A stretch of DNA of 64,000 bases from the IMG/VR virus record IMGVR_UViG_3300032287_003113, positions 155,880 to 219,879 of that record; one strand, 5' to 3'. Shown here in pieces: positions 63,409 through 64,000 of the stretch; within the stretch, counting starts at the first letter, position 1, and each line of letters begins with the position of its first letter. The translations under genes and the position numbers were made by a program. A model generated the notes under the pieces. It ran no database searches. It had not been told where the DNA came from and saw only the letters and a list, made by a program, of their open reading frames with translations.

Positions 63409-63893
63409 TTGTCTTGCCCAAAGTATTCTGGATTGGCACTGGCAAAGTCACGCATCACAATACCAGCATTGGCATTGGCTTCGTTTTCTTCGTCGGTGCC
63501 AGTGTCACCAGAGTTTGCATCCAACTGCCCAGCCAAATTTTGTTTGTGATGAGTGAGTTCGTGTGCCAGAGTACGCAACACATCAATGGGATGGCGTCCG
63601 GCAGTGACCAGATACAAACAGTTGTTGTCGGCATCGTATGTGCCAAAGCTGGTGTTCATTGGCTGGTCTAGCAATTCTATTTCAGGTAGTTGTTCAATGC
63701 CAAGTTGTTCAGCCACCCATGGAGCAAATTTATGAACAAAGTTGTTGACTGTATGCTCTTCAGATTCATTCTTTTTACGACCCGCACAGTGAGCCCGTTG
63801 ACTAAACCCTTTGGGGTTGGCACAGTTGATAGAGCTTTTGTATTTCTGGCTCCACTTTTCATTTAGGGGTGAAAAAACTTCGCTGATTTTCAT
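63405..63893 (-). CDS. Modular protein with a C-terminal zincin (HExxH) metallopeptidase-like domain
   Basis: MKISE leader; INC.NPKGFSQRAHC module; LAHELTH...ENEANA; start ATG 63893. Confidence 0.65.
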   Translation of the reverse strand: MKISEVFSPLNEKWSQKYKSSINCANPKGFSQRAHCAGRKKNESEEHTVNNFVHKFAPWVAEQLGIEQLPEIELLDQPMNTSFGTYDADNNCLYLVTAGRHPIDVLRTLAHELTHHKQNLAGQLDANSGDTGTDEENEANANAGIVMRDFASANPEYFGQDK

Positions 63894-64000
63894 TTTGCTG
63901 TGGCACGAAGCATCCAACTATGTTTTCTATGAGCATCCATGCGTTCCGCAAGGAAATTGCTGAAACCATGCTCGCCTGCCGCTTCAGCAACATCATAAAC
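63890..64000 (-). CDS. C-terminal fragment of a Dps/ferritin-like protein (runs off the window)
   Basis: VYDVAEAAGEHGFSNFLAERMDAHRKHSWMLRATAK*, Dps-type terminal helix ending xxWML. Confidence 0.55.
   Translation of the reverse strand, partial: VYDVAEAAGEHGFSNFLAERMDAHRKHSWMLRATAK

Noticed and set aside
1-64000. Most short ORFs in the six-frame track that lie antisense to or inside long genes (e.g. 1..453-, 3074..3397+, 57135..57497+)
   Set aside because: Shadow ORFs fully overlapping motif-bearing genes, with no SD or coupling support
1-64000. Alternative genetic code (TAG/TGA recoding, as in some large phages)
   Set aside because: Genes are full-length under code 11; TGA stops form many ATGA couplings and TAG ends genes normally
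1-64000. tRNA, rRNA, CRISPR array, integrase or transposase
   Set aside because: No cloverleaf with a T-loop consensus, no spaced direct repeats and no recombinase motifs seen by eye; a tRNAscan run would be needed to exclude fully

Overview
This window is a 64-kb internal segment of a large lytic dsDNA tailed phage (jumbo/huge-phage type) using the standard genetic code. It is densely coded with ATGA-coupled genes, consensus sigma70 promoters and TAAATA late-type motifs. No tRNA, rRNA, CRISPR array, integrase or major capsid/tail gene was seen. (1) 1-20.4 kb: biosynthetic locus with six radical SAM enzymes (five with an N-terminal twitch/SPASM-like Cys domain), four SGNH-like proteins, a NodU/CmcH carbamoyltransferase, a 2OG-Fe(II)-like oxygenase, an APS-kinase/nucleotidyltransferase fusion, three glycosyltransferase-like proteins, a DegT aminotransferase and an epimerase. 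(2) 20.4-38 kb: thyA/DHFR, a MoxR ATPase with a VWA-metallopeptidase, an ABC-ATPase/GNAT fusion, an AT-rich restriction-modification-like pair with a circularly permuted N6-adenine MTase, and T4-type RNase H. (3) 38-55 kb: 7-deazaguanine pathway (folE, queD, queE, DpdL-like QueD paralog, DpdA/TGT-like transglycosylase) mixed with a glycosyltransferase, sulfotransferase, radical SAMs, an MBD4-like glycosylase and a preQ1-I-like pseudoknot in the queD leader. (4) 55-64 kb: putative sliding clamp, methyltransferase, family B DNA polymerase and modular, probably protease-processed virion-internal proteins, one with a RibD-like deaminase domain. All calls come from motifs read by eye; no database searches or folding computations were run.
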